This document shows positions 24,650-36,556 of a stretch of DNA of 64,000 bases, piece by piece. Numbering within the stretch: position 1 is the first letter of the stretch; every line of letters starts with the position of its first letter. The stretch comes from Mobula hypostoma (Eukaryota): positions 111,292,001 through 111,356,000 of the forward strand of contig NC_086097.1 in the NCBI RefSeq assembly GCF_963921235.1. Direction: 5' to 3'. Below the pieces are notes generated by a model. That model ran no database searches, was not told the DNA's origin, and was given only the letters and a program-made list of their open reading frames with translations. A program made the position numbers and the translations under genes.

Positions 24650-24679
24650 TTGGATGAGAAGACTGAATTATTTTCCCGA
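24650..24679 (+). CDS. LRRFIP2: LRRFIP2 30-nt microexon (LDEKTELFSR)
   Basis: tttgtttgtttacag / gtaagt; begins LDEK and ends R like the corresponding LRRFIP2 exon; keeps frame. Confidence 0.85.
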
Positions 24680-25329
24680 GTAAGTAACCACCAGTAAAAG
24701 TGATCTACGTGTATCTCTTTGTTCCATTGATGAGGTTGCTAGCTTCTTTCTGTATTAGGGAAAAAGTAGTTGATGTTAGAAAGTTGTCTTAGAATGAAGT
24801 TGAAGGCAAATAGAAATTTACAGAAAATTCTAGTTTTTAAAATTAGAAATATTTGAAGATTTTTTAGGTAATTTGTAACATAACTGTGATGTATTTTACT
24901 CAATCATGCCCGTTATTAAACACCATTAAATTAGTTTTAATTGTTGATAGTTATAGAATTGCTGCAACACATTCTATCATTTTAGCACATTGAATCTTTG
25001 CCAGATCCCAGCAGACAAATCCCATCACTCCCTAATGATTTTGCTACCCCACCAGCTCTGCTCCACTACACTGTAAATTTTATTTCTCAAGTGCCTCACG
25101 AATTTCACTTTGAAAAATTAAATTAGTTACATTTTCACCGTACCTACAAACAGTGAGTTCCTGGGAATCTTTACTTCCCACTTTTTAAATACAAGATTGT
25201 CTCTTATGTTGTTTCTATTTCTGGATAATATTTCAAATCTGTGCCCCTGGTTCTTTCTTGGTATTGCATATCATGTAATCTTTCTTTCTCTTCTGAACAC
25301 CTTATATCATGGATTTTTTTCTTTTGATG

Positions 25330-25650
25330 AACACAAGAGATTCTTCAGATGCTGGAAATTTAAGCAACGCACACAAAATGCTGGAGGAAATTGGCACAGC
25401 ATCTATAGATGAAATAAACGGTCGACTTTTCAGGCTGAGATCCTTTACCAGGAAGAGAGCAGGAGCCAGAATAAGAAAGCAATAGTAGGGAATGAGTGTA
25501 ACTTTGCATGTGATAGGTGAAACCAGGTGAGGGGATAGGTGGTTAGGTGGGGGCAGATGGAATCAGAACCAATTGGGAAAGGTAGGGAAGCCTATGGATG
25601 AACTGTGTATGTAGGAGTAAATGGGGTGGGAGCAAGGACAGTGATGAGTG
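25330..25650 (-). mobile_element. Old Penelope-like terminal repeat/UTR remnant
   Basis: cagatgctggaaatttaagcaacgcacac..gtcgacttttcaggctgaga similarity to the young repeat. Confidence 0.7.
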
Positions 25651-26269
25651 TTAGGACTTCTTCAACTTTATAACTTTCTTTGCTGACATTATGTTTTGAT
25701 TTGCACATAGTATGTTACTTGTGCTTCTATTAGTAACCATCTTAGGCACGTCTCTTCTGCATCAGAACTTCTGCCAATACTCTGTGAATCTGAATGTCTT
25801 CTTCCTGCACAATCTAATTAACTTTGTTCTTTTCTATTCAAGCTGGCATGTGCCACCGGAAATAGCTCGGACATTAATGCCTTTTGAATTCCTTGTTAAT
25901 ATTCTTCTATCTTCTGACAGGCTGAATGTGAGAGCTATTCCTGTCCTTTCTATCTTATCAATATCAACAAACCCATACAATTTCTGGCTCATTCCAAGGT
26001 GCTTTGCATCCTCAGAATGAGGCTTTTTGTCCTGTCACCAGACAAGACAATACAATATTGGTATTCATCATTGCGGAAATACCTTTCATCCATGCCTGCA
26101 GGTTATGTACAGAATGTCACCGACCTCTCCAGTATCTAGCAAGGCATATAGTTATAGTGAGATGAAGCCCAGAGTCAGGCCTTGTGGGCTTTCAAGTCTG
26201 TGCTGACCACTGATCCACTTGCATTTAACTAACCTTGCAATTATCGTTTTTTATTCTCTCCTAATTCTC

Positions 26270-27300
26270 ACAATTAGGACTTTATTCCTTGGAACATAGG
26301 AGATTTTGGGTGACCTGGAGAGGTATATAATATAGAGGGGCATCGACAGGGTGAAAGCACATAGTCTTTTCCCCAGGTATTTGTGCTGAAAGCATGAGTG
26401 CATGGGTTTAAGATTGGAGGCAAGAGTTCTAAAAGGAATATTGGAGGTGGTGAGTATTTGGAATGAGTTGCTAGAAATAATGGTTGAAACAGATATTAGC
26501 AATATTTAAAAGCTATCTGGATACATACTTGGATAGGAGAAGCTTAGAGGGCTATCGTCCAAATATGGGCTGAAGGTACTAGCCTGCTGAGCAACACAGC
26601 ATGAATTGGGCTGAAGGGCCTCATTCCATGCTGGAAGACTATGAGAAGGACGTGGATCATTTGGAAAGTTGGGTAAAGTGGTGGCAGATGGAATTTAATC
26701 CAGGCTAGTGTGAGGCAGTGCATTTTAGGATGCTAGGAACTGATAGGACATGTATTTAAATGGACCTCAGGAGTGCTGATGCACAGATGGACCTCAGGGT
26801 GTGAATTCCCTGAAAATAGTGACATAGGGCCTTGAAGAAGGCATTTGGCATGCTTACCTTCATACGTCAAGGTATTGAGGGAAAGAGTTGGGATGTCACT
26901 TCACTGTTCTATGAAACGTTGGTCAGTCTGTACTTGTAGTGTTTTGATTGACACATTACAGGGAATATGTGGTAGTGTTAGAAGGAGTGAAGAAGAGATT
27001 GACAGGTTGTTGCCTGCAATGGAGAGCTTTGCTTTTAAGGAGAGACTAGATACGCTGGCTTTATTCTCACTGGAACCTCAAAGACTAGACTTTATAAGAT
27101 TCTGGGGGGCAATAGATAGGGTAAAAAAATGTTCTTAGGTTAGAGCAGTCTGAAACTAAGTGGCACAGGTTTAAGGTGAGCAGGGAGTGATTTGAACAAG
27201 ATCTTAGGGCCAGATCTTTCTCACAGAGGATGTGATGTTGCGGGGGGGGGGGGAAGGGGCGGTGGGGGGTGTTATATAAAATGTGCCAGTGGAGGATGTG
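26270..27300 (+). mobile_element. Degenerate CR1 3' fragments
   Basis: tggcagatggaatttaatcc and 3' UTR motifs shared with other CR1 copies. Confidence 0.65.
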
Positions 27301-27309
27301 GTAGAGTTA

Positions 27310-29870
27310 GAGTTCAAGTTTATTGTCATTCAATCATATACATGTATACTGCTAAATAAAACAAAGTTTCTTGGGGACAAAGGTGCAAAGCTGCATATAT
27401 TACATACATCATATAAAATAATATTAATGCAATATTAATAGGTAAAAAAGTAATCTGAATTTTTAAGTTAACATAATGTACATATATGACGTATAGTTAA
27501 ATATACAATAGTATACTGCTACTAGTGCTGTCATAAAGATGTGTACAGGGTGGTAGCAAGGTGTATCACCCTCGGGGATAGAAGCTGTTACCCTGCCTAA
27601 CAGTCCTTGTTGTTATACTGTGGTATCTTCTGCATGACGGTAGGAGGTTAAAGAGATTGTAGGATGAATGGGTGGGGTCCTTGACCATGCTGAGGGCACT
27701 GCGAATGCAGCACTTCTGGTATACAGTGCCTATAAAAAAAGTATTCCCTCCCCCCTTGGAAGTTTTCAAGTTTTATTGTTTTACAACATTGAATCACAGT
27801 GGATTTAATTTGGCTTTTTTTTGACACTGATCAACAGAAGAAGACTTGTGTCAAAGTGAAAACAGATCTCTACAAAGTGATCTAAATTAATTACAAATAT
27901 AAAACACAATAATTGATTGTGTAAATATTCACCCCTTCAAGTCAGTATTTAGTAGATGCACCATTGGCAGCAATTACAGCCTTGAGTCTATGTGGATAGG
28001 TCCTTATCAGCTTTGCACACCTGGACACTGCAATTTTTCCCTGTTCTTCCTTACAAAACTGCTCAAGTCCTGTCAGATTGCATGGGGATTGTGAGTGAAC
28101 AGCCCTTTTCAAGTCCTGGCGTACATTCTTAATTGGATTGAGGTCTGGACTCTGACATGACCACTCCGGGACAGTAACTTTGTTGCTTTAAAGCCATTCC
28201 TGCCTAGCTTTGGCTTTATGCTTTGGGCCACTGTCTTGCTGGAAAACAAATCTTCTCCCAAATTGTAGTTCTCTTGCAGACTGTATCAGGTTTTCCTCCA
28301 GGATTTCCCTGTGTTTTGCTGCAGTCATTTTATCCTCTATCTTCACAAGCTTTCCAAGGCCTGCTGCAGTGAAGCATCCCCACAGCATGATTCAGTCACC
28401 ACCATGCTTCACGGGAGGGATGGTGTATTTTTGATGATGTGCTGTGTTTAGCTCACATTTTGGTTTCATCAGACCATAAAATCGTCTTCCATCTGACTTC
28501 ACAGTCTCTCACATGCCTCCTGGCAAACTCTAGTTGAGATTTCATGTGAGTTTTTTTGTCAACCATGGCTTTCTCTTTGCCACTCTTCCATAAAGCTGCA
28601 ACTGGTGAAGCATCCGGGCAACAGTTGTATGTGTAGTCTCTCCCATCTCAGTCACTGAAGCTTGTAACTCCTCCAAAGTTGTCATAGGTCTCTTGGTGGC
28701 CTCCCTGACTAGTCCCCTTCTTGCGTGGCCGCTCAGTTTTTGAGGATGGCACGCTGTAGGCAGATTTACAGCTGTGCCATATTCTTTCCACTTCTTGATG
28801 ATTGACTTAACTATACTCCAAGGGATATTCAGTGACTTGGAAATTTTCTTGTATCAATTTCCTGACTTGTGCTTTTCATTAACCCTTTTGCGGTGTTGCT
28901 TAGAGTGTTCTTTTGTCTTCATGCTGTAGTTTTTGCCAGGATACTGCCTCACCAGCAGTTGGACCTTCCAGATACAGGTGTATTTTTACTACAATCAATT
29001 AAAACACCTTGACTGCATATAGGTGATCTCCATTTAACTAATTATGTGATGACTTCTAAAACCAATTGGCTGCACCAGTGATGATTTAGTGTGTCATATT
29101 AAAGGGGTTGAATACTTACGCAAATAATTATTTTGTGTTTTATATTTGTAATTAATTTTGATCACTTTGTAGAGATCTGTTTTCACTTTGACACAAAAGA
29201 ATCATTTTCTGTTGATCAGTGTCAAACAAAGCCAAATTAAATCCATTGTGATTCAATGTTGTAAAAAAAACATGAAAACTTAAGGGGGTGAATACTTTTA
29301 TAGGCACTGTATATCCTGAATGGGAGTCGGGAGAGAGACACCAATTCTCTCAGCAGTCCCTGTAATCCACTGCAGGCTGTTACCATCTGATGCTTTGCAA
29401 TTTCCATACCAGACGGTGATACAGTTGGTCAGGCTACTTGATGGTGCCGGTAGAATGTGGTTGGAATGGGGATGGGGAGCCTTGCTCATCTCAATTTCCT
29501 CAGGCAGTGGAAGTGCTGCTGTGCTTTCTTGACTGAAGAGGTGGCATTGAGGAACTAGGTGAGATCATCCATGATATGAACTCCAAAAAACTTGGTGCTC
29601 CTCATTCTCTCCATGGAGGAGCTGTTAATATACAGTAGGGTGTGGTCAGCCTGTACCTTCCTGAAGTTCACAATCATCTCTTAGTCTTCTCCACTTTGAG
29701 AGTCAATTTGTGTTCACACCAGTCCACAAGTCACTCTACCTCCTCCCTGTATCCTGACTCATCGTTGTTGCTGATGAGGTCAGCTACTGTTTTGTCATCA
29801 GCAAACTTAATGATGTGGTTAGAGCTGGATCTAGCAGTACAGTCATGCTTCAGCAATGTGACCAGCAGCA
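27310..29870 (-). mobile_element. Rex/Babar-like LINE fragment split by a Tc1 insertion
   Basis: ORFs 27566..27769 (KDPTH..LLPS.RRY), 29298..29489 and 29731..30018 (IIKFADDKTV). Confidence 0.7.
27724..29309 (-). mobile_element. Tc1 transposon with ~200-bp TIRs and decayed transposase
   Basis: TA-cagtgcctataaaa ... ttttataggcactg-TA; ORF 28188..28388 (MLWGCF..FVFQQDSGPKH). Confidence 0.93.
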
Positions 29871-30129
29871 GTGATAGAGTCAAATACAATGGGTACTTGG
29901 TGAGGAAAAGAAAAAAGGGATATGGGCCTAACATTGGCAATAGGGATGAGAGTGGATAATCATGGTTGGTTTGGTTGAGTTGGACCCAAGGACCTGTTTG
30001 TGTGCTCCACAACTGCATGGATTAGAAGGTATGGGGCAGGGCAAGAATTATGTGATTTTAGAAGATGAGGTGCTAATGGAACTTATTGAATTTATGTAAT
30101 CGATCTTTGCTCTTTGTATTAGAAAGGCA

Positions 30130-31230
30130 CAGATCTCATTGCTAACTTGGGTTTTGAACTGGTTTGTCCATAGCAGACAGAGAATAATAGTGAAAAGCTA
30201 GAGGTGCGTGACTAGTGGGGTTCCATAAGGATTGGTGCTGGACCTCTGTTGCCTCTGATATATATCAGTGACTTAGATGAAAAGATAGGTGAATTTATAA
30301 GTTTGTGGTACCAAGACTGGTGAAGTTGTGGGTATAAAGGATTATCTAGGAATACAGCAGGATATAGATCAGTTACAGATATGGGCAGAGAAGTGACTGA
30401 TGGAGTTTAATCTGGGCAATGTAATATGTTGTACTTTGAGAGGTCAATTGAAAGGAGAAATTGTACTGTAAATGGTAGACACCTTAAAAGCATTGAAGCC
30501 CAGAGGGATCTTGGGTTCCTGGTCCATAGTTCACTGGAAGTAGGCAAACAAGTGGATAAGGAGGTAAAGTAGATGTGTGGCATGCTTGCCTTCAACGGCA
30601 GGGATGTTGAGTATAAGAGTACGGAAGTCGTGTTGCAGCTATAATGAATTTTACTCAGGCTGAACATGGAGTATGGTGCCATGGAGTTCTGGGTGCCCCA
30701 TTACGGGAAGGATGTGGAGTCTGTGAAAAGGGTACCAAAGAGGTTTACCAGGATGCTGCATGGAGTAGAAGGTATGAACTATGAGGAGAAGTTGGACAAG
30801 CTTGTATTGTTTTCCCAAAGGTGTCAGAGGTACAAGGGAGTCTTGATGGAGGTTTTTATGAGATGCATTGATAGGATAGAGAGTCAGAATCTTTTTCTCT
30901 GGGTAGAAATGTTGAATACCAGAGGATAAAGCTAGAAGAGGGAATGTAAAGGAAACTTGGACAGTTTTTACACAGAGTGGTAGGAACCTGGAATGGGTTA
31001 CCAGGGATAGTAGTGGAGTTTAAGAGGCTTTTAGATAAACACATGAAGGGAGTAGAGGAATATGAGTGATACACAGGAAAAACACATTCAGTGTAAACCG
31101 GCATTAAGATCAGCACAATATTATGACTTGAATGGCTTGTCCAGTATTGTACTACGGGGGTTCCCAAGCCCGGTGCCGGTCCGCAGCCCAGTAGTTGGGG
31201 ACCACTGCTGTACTATCTTCTATATAATAC
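30130..31230 (+). mobile_element. Degenerate CR1 RT/3' fragment
   Basis: ORF 30666..30929 (FWVPHYGKDV..RFTRM). Confidence 0.75.
31155..31207. mobile_element. 53-bp hAT/Charlie-like micro-MITE
   Basis: Termini cgggggttcccaag / gttggggaccactg; 8-bp TSD ttgtacta / ctgtacta. Confidence 0.65.
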
Positions 31231-31959
31231 AAGATCACAACCTAAAATGCAAACTCAATGTTTCTCTCTTCATATTAGTATTTGATCTGCTGAATATTTC
31301 TAGCAATTTCTTTTGTTTCAGATTTCCAACTGTTATATTCTCCAGTTCATAGATGAAGCAGTTTTTTCCATCTTTCTGATGCCCTCATTCATCATCTTTC
31401 TATTTACAGTCCCCAAGACAGATTAGCTATGATAAAGATGCATTAATTTATTCTTTTATCTTGGTCTCCACCTTGTCACATACTTTTCCTTTGCTCGCTC
31501 CATCCCAATCCTGTTCACATTTTAAAAACTTAATATTTGCATTGTTTACTAGATTTATGCATCTCATAATATTATAAACATCTATCTGGTCTCCCCGAAG
31601 CCACTGCTTCAGAGAAAACTACCGTAGTTTGTCCAACCAGTCCTTAGAGCTCATACTGTTCAATCCAGGCAGCATTCTGCTGAAGTTCTGCATCCTGTGC
31701 AAAGCCTCCACATCTCTCCTGTAATGGGATGACCGGAGGGTTTCTAGTCAAGAAAACAAGATTAATTTGTCATAAAACATTGAATTATAATTTAAGTTAT
31801 AATTTCTTGAGTTTTCTTGGCCATTTCTTGACAGTTTAAAAGATGAGGAAATCAGTTGAATTCTGGACAGTCAGTTTTTATGACAATAATTGGAGAAAAA
31901 TCTTTCACAGAAAATAAATCATCCCCAAGGCTCCAAGTAATATGTAGATGGTGCTAATA

Positions 31960-34900
31960 TAGAGGAACAACACTCAATATGAGGCATAGCAAGTGACTAA
32001 GGTGTCAGTGGAGAAGCACTTCGGGACCTGAGACCATAATTAGATTAGTTTTTAAATTATTATGGGAAGAGAGGGAAATAGTTCACAAGTTAAGTTTGGG
32101 CAGTCTAATTTTGACGATATGAGTCAGGAACTTGGAAAAGGAGATTGGGAGAGGCTGTTTGCAAGTAAAGGGGCATCTTGGGAGTGGGAAGCTTTTAAAA
32201 GTGAGGCAAGGATAGTGTTCAGGACCAACATGTTCCTGTTAGAGTGAACAGCAAGACTTGCACAGTTTGTTGATGAAAGATTTTGAGGCTCATGAAAAAA
32301 GAGGAGGCACATATATGGTTTCAGCAGCTGAGATCAAGGAGTATAAGGACATTGGGGCTATGTTTCGGGGGAGATCAGGAGTGCAAAAAGAGAAAAATTA
32401 GGTAGATTTGGCAGATAATGTAAAGGAGAGTCCTAAGGGATTCTTTAAGTGTATTAAGTACAAAAGCATAACTTGGGAGAAAAAAGGGCCCCTTACGGAT
32501 TAACAGATTTGTCTATGCCAGTAACCACAGGAAATGGTGATACCTTAAATGAATATTTCTTGTGTGTAAATATGAATATTTCATGGAAGCTATGGAATTC
32601 AGGGAAGAGAACATTGCTGTCTTGAAGTATATGCACATTATCAAAGAAGTGGTGCTGACATAAATCCCTGGGGCCCTCACAGACATGTTTGTATCATTCA
32701 CCATGGGAGAGGTGCCAAAAGACCAGAGGGTGGCTGAAGTTGTGTCTTTATTTATGAAGGGCTGCAAAGGAAACCAGGCAACCCAAAGTCAGGAAATCAC
32801 TGATGAGAAAGTTGCTGGAAGGAATTCTGTGAGACAGGATCTACCTGCAGTTTGGAAAAGAAAGGGCTAATTATTACTAGTCATTATGGCTTTGTGCATG
32901 GAAAATTGTCCATCAAAAATCTGATGTTTTTTGAAGAGGTGACCATGAGTATTGATGAGGAGGACATGGCAAGGTAAGGTCCAGTGCGGTATGCTAGTCT
33001 GGAACATTACTGATGTGACCACTGCTGCACAATAGGTATCAGTCCTGGATCTGCAGTTGTTCTTTATCTGTATTAATGATTTAAGTGAAAAATTGGCGGT
33101 ATTGTGGACTGTGAAGAAGGTTATTTAAGTTTACTGCAGGATCTCGAACAGCTGGAAAAGTGGATCAAGGAATGGCAGATGGAATTTAATTTGGAGAAGT
33201 GGAAAGTGTTGTATTTTGAGAAGTTAAGCCAGGGCAGGGCTTGCACAGTGTAGTACTGGGAGAGTGTGGTAGAACAGGAAGACCTAGAGGTTCAAGTACA
33301 TAGCCCCCTGAATGGTGACACAGGTAGACTGGATGATGAAGAAGGCGTTTTCCATGCTTGCCTTGATCAGTCAGTGCACTAAGTACAAGAATTGGGGCTC
33401 CTCACCTACCACCCCACCAGCCTCCGGGTCCAACATATTATTCTTCGTAACTTCCGCCACCTCCAACGGGATCCCACCACTAAGCACATCTTTCCCTCCC
33501 CCCCTCTCTCTGCATTCCGCAGGGATCGCTCCCTACACAACTCCCTTGTCCATTCGTCCCTCCCATCCCTCCCCACCGATCTCCCTCCTGGCACTTATCC
33601 GTGTAAGCGGAACAAGTGTTACACATGCCCTTACACTTCCTCCCTTACCACCATTCAGGGCCCCAAACAGTCCTTCCAGGTGAGGCAACACTTCACCTGT
33701 GAGTCAGCTGGGGTGATGTACTGCGTCCGGTGCTCCCGATGTGGCCTTTTATATATTGGCGAGACTCGACGCAGACTGGGAGACCGCTTTGCTGAACACC
33801 TACGCTCTGTCCGCCAGAGAAAGCAGGATCTCCCAGTGGCCACATGTTTTAATTCCACATCCCATTCCCATTCTGACATGTCTATCCACGGCCTCCTGTA
33901 CTGTAAAGATGAAGCCACACTCAGGTTGGAGGAACAACACCTTATATTCCGTCTGGGTAGCCTCCAACCTGATGGCATGAACATCGACTTTTCTAACTTC
34001 CGCTAATGCCCCACCTCCCCCTCGTACCCCATCTGTTACTTATTTTTATACACATGTTCTTTCTCTCACTCTCCTTTTTCTCCCTCTGTCCCTCTGAATA
34101 TACCCGTTGCCCATCCTCTGGGTCCCCCCCCCCCGTCTTTCTTCCCGGACCTCCTGTCCCACGATCCTCTCGTATCCCTTTTGCCTATCACCTGTCCAGC
34201 TCTTGGCTCCATCCCTCCCCCTCCTGTCTTCTCCTATCATTTTGGATCTCCCCCTCCCCCTCCAACTTTCAAATCCCTTACTCACTCTTCCTTCAGTTAG
34301 TCCTAACGAAGGGTCTCGGCCTGAAACGTCGACTGCACCTCTTCCTAGAGATGCTGCCTGGCCTGCTGCGTTCACCAGCAATTTTTATGTGTGCTACAAG
34401 AATTGGGGGATCATGTTACAACTGTATAAGATGTTGATGATCCTTAATTACGAGTATTGTGAGCAATTCTGTTTGCCAAGTTAGAAAATGTATGTTATTA
34501 ACCTGGAAAGGGTGTTTAAAAAAAGATTCACAAGGATGTCATCGAAGTGGAGGGCTTGATTTATAAGTAGGACTGGATAGCTGGGGCTTTTCTCCCTGGA
34601 GCATAGGAGTCAGGGGGAGGGGTGGGTGGTGGTGCAGTGATGCTTTTGTATTTATGACAGGTACAGATTAGGTTAATAGTCACAGTCTTTAGCCTAGGTT
34701 AGATGAGTCTAAAACTAGAGGGCACAGATTTAAGAGGGAAAAATTTTAAAAGGGATGTGAAGGAAAACCCTTTTAACACAGAGGATAGTGGGTATGTGGA
34801 CTAAGCTGCCAGAGGGAGTGGGAGAGGCTGGTGCAATCACAACATTTAAATGGCATTTAGACAGATACAGTACATGAAAAGGGAAAAATTAGTGGAATAT

Positions 34901-34980
34901 GGGCCAACTATTGGCAAACAAGGCCAGATCAGGTTGACAGCTTCCTCTGCATGGACAATTTTTCCATGCTGTATGGCTTG
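31960..34980 (+). mobile_element. Old CR1 ORF2 remnant interrupted by a Penelope insertion
   Basis: CR1-like fragments (ORFs 32062.., 32685.., 33312..); sequence resumes after the TSD at 34395. Confidence 0.75.
33398..34394 (+). mobile_element. Young 5'-truncated Penelope-like element (Neptune-like Cys linker + GIY-YIG endonuclease + terminal repeat)
   Basis: Uninterrupted frame to stop at 34006 with CKRNKCYTC and VMYCVRCSRCGLLYIGETRRRLGDRFAEH; 14-bp TSD tacaagaattgggg at 33384-33397 and 34395-34408; hammerhead at 34299-34334 has CTAACGA (G5A). Confidence 0.93.
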
Positions 34981-35074
34981 GCTCATTATTGGATTTTTGT
35001 TACAGACCATTCCTAGCAGTTTCTAATTGAGTGCAGGTTACTTTGAATAATAATTAATCAATATTACCATTGAT

Positions 35075-35555
35075 ACAGGTAAAGCCATCACAGGGAAAGC
35101 CCTCCCAACCATTGTGCATATCTACATGAAACACTGTTGTAGAAAAGTAGCATCCATCATCAAAGATCCTCACCACCCAGGTCATGCTTTATTCTCACCG
35201 CTGCCATCAGGTTGAAGCTACAAGAGCCTCAGGACTCGCACCACCAGGTTCAAGAACAGTTACTATCCCTCAACTAGGCCTTGAACAAAAGGGGATAACT
35301 GAACTCATCTATTGAGATGTTCCCACAACCAATGATTTAACTTTAAGGAATCTTTATCTTGTTATTTCATGCTCTGGTTATTTATCGCTATTGATTTATA
35401 TTTATATTTGCATTTGTAGTTTGTTGTCTTCTATGCTCTACTTGATCTTTCATTGATCCTGTTATAGTTACTATTCTATAGAGTTGCTGAGTATGCCCAT
35501 AGGAAGAAGAATCTCAGGGTTGTATGTACTCTGATAATAAAATTTACTTTGAACT
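35075..35555 (+). mobile_element. Rex/Babar-like LINE 3' end
   Basis: gcatccatcatcaaagatcctcaccacccagg..ctgccatcagg motif; aataaa..tttgaactttg tail. Confidence 0.65.
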
Positions 35556-36198
35556 TTGCTACTGACTTTATATTTTTTGAATGTATCTTCTACAATCCGG
35601 AATGATTTAACACCTTTTAAAATATTTCAGCATTTCAGACAGTGCAGCACTGACTCAGTGGGCACAGAAATGCCAGCTCAGATTATATGTTCATGGTACC
35701 AGTGTGCATTTTTATTGCTTGCTCTTATGGTCAAATTATGTCCATTGAGCCACAGATGACATGACCACTGTCTGATTGCACCTAGAAAATCCTACTGAAA
35801 GAATGGGTTATAGCTTATCAGTCAATAAGAATTTTGGAATTCTCAACCTTATCTTCTCCATGGGGCTGAGGAAGAAGGTTGCCCATGGTCCTATTGTTTT
35901 CTCTCAAGAGTTCGCTCTACTTTGAGCAACTATAAGATCTTGCACATACAATGTGGCAGCTTTCAGTAATAAGTAAAATACGTTTTGATCCTTTACATCA
36001 TTCAGAATGATATCTGAAGATTAACCAATAGCCTGCGAGGTAAAATTTTGTTCTTTTTCCCCTGAAGCAACAATATGAAAAAACATAATCTGCTCTATCA
36101 GTTGTCAAACAGTTAGAGAAAAAGTTCTGTGTTCCAATATTTCGCTCTTATTCTCTGGCAATAAGTACCGACCATCTCTCCTTTTGTTCTTTGATTAG

Positions 36199-36330
36199 CC
36201 AGCATCTCGAAATGCAGTTTCAGGATTGTCTGCAGCCACACTGTCCTCCCTTGGAGGAGCTTCCTCACGACGAGGCAGTGGGGAGATGAGTAGCATTTTG
36301 GATCCAGATGTTTCACTTAGTGAAATGCGG
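36199..36330 (+). CDS. LRRFIP2: LRRFIP2 coding exon, 132 nt (PASRNAVSGLSAATLSSLGGASSRRGSGEMSSILDPDVSLSEMR)
   Basis: ttgattag / gtaagg; SSRRGSG and DPDxSLSExR motifs of the LRRFIP family. Confidence 0.95.
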
Positions 36331-36484
36331 GTAAGGTTTATTGAACTTTCAATATGGCTGGAAATATTTAATTGTTTTGAAATGCTTCTGTCAATTTTAA
36401 GAATTCTTATACAATGTGGTTACTTAATGTTTTTGCACCCTCCCCCTCCTATTTATCCACTGGTTCATTCCATGTGTCCAACAG

Positions 36485-36556
36485 GATATCTATGAGCTTA
36501 AGGACCAGATACAAGATGTAGAGGGGCGATACATGCAGGGATTAAAAGAACTTAAG
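36485..36556 (+). CDS. LRRFIP2: LRRFIP2 coding exon, 72 nt (DIYELKDQIQDVEGRYMQGLKELK), probable cassette exon
   Basis: caacag / gtatca; nearly identical to the recalled human DIYDLKDQIQDVEGRYMQGLKELK. Confidence 0.95.

Noticed and set aside
27241..27270. G-rich tract able to form a G-quadruplex
   Set aside because: Simple G-run expansion inside a decayed CR1; similar runs occur in other repeats here and nothing indicates function.
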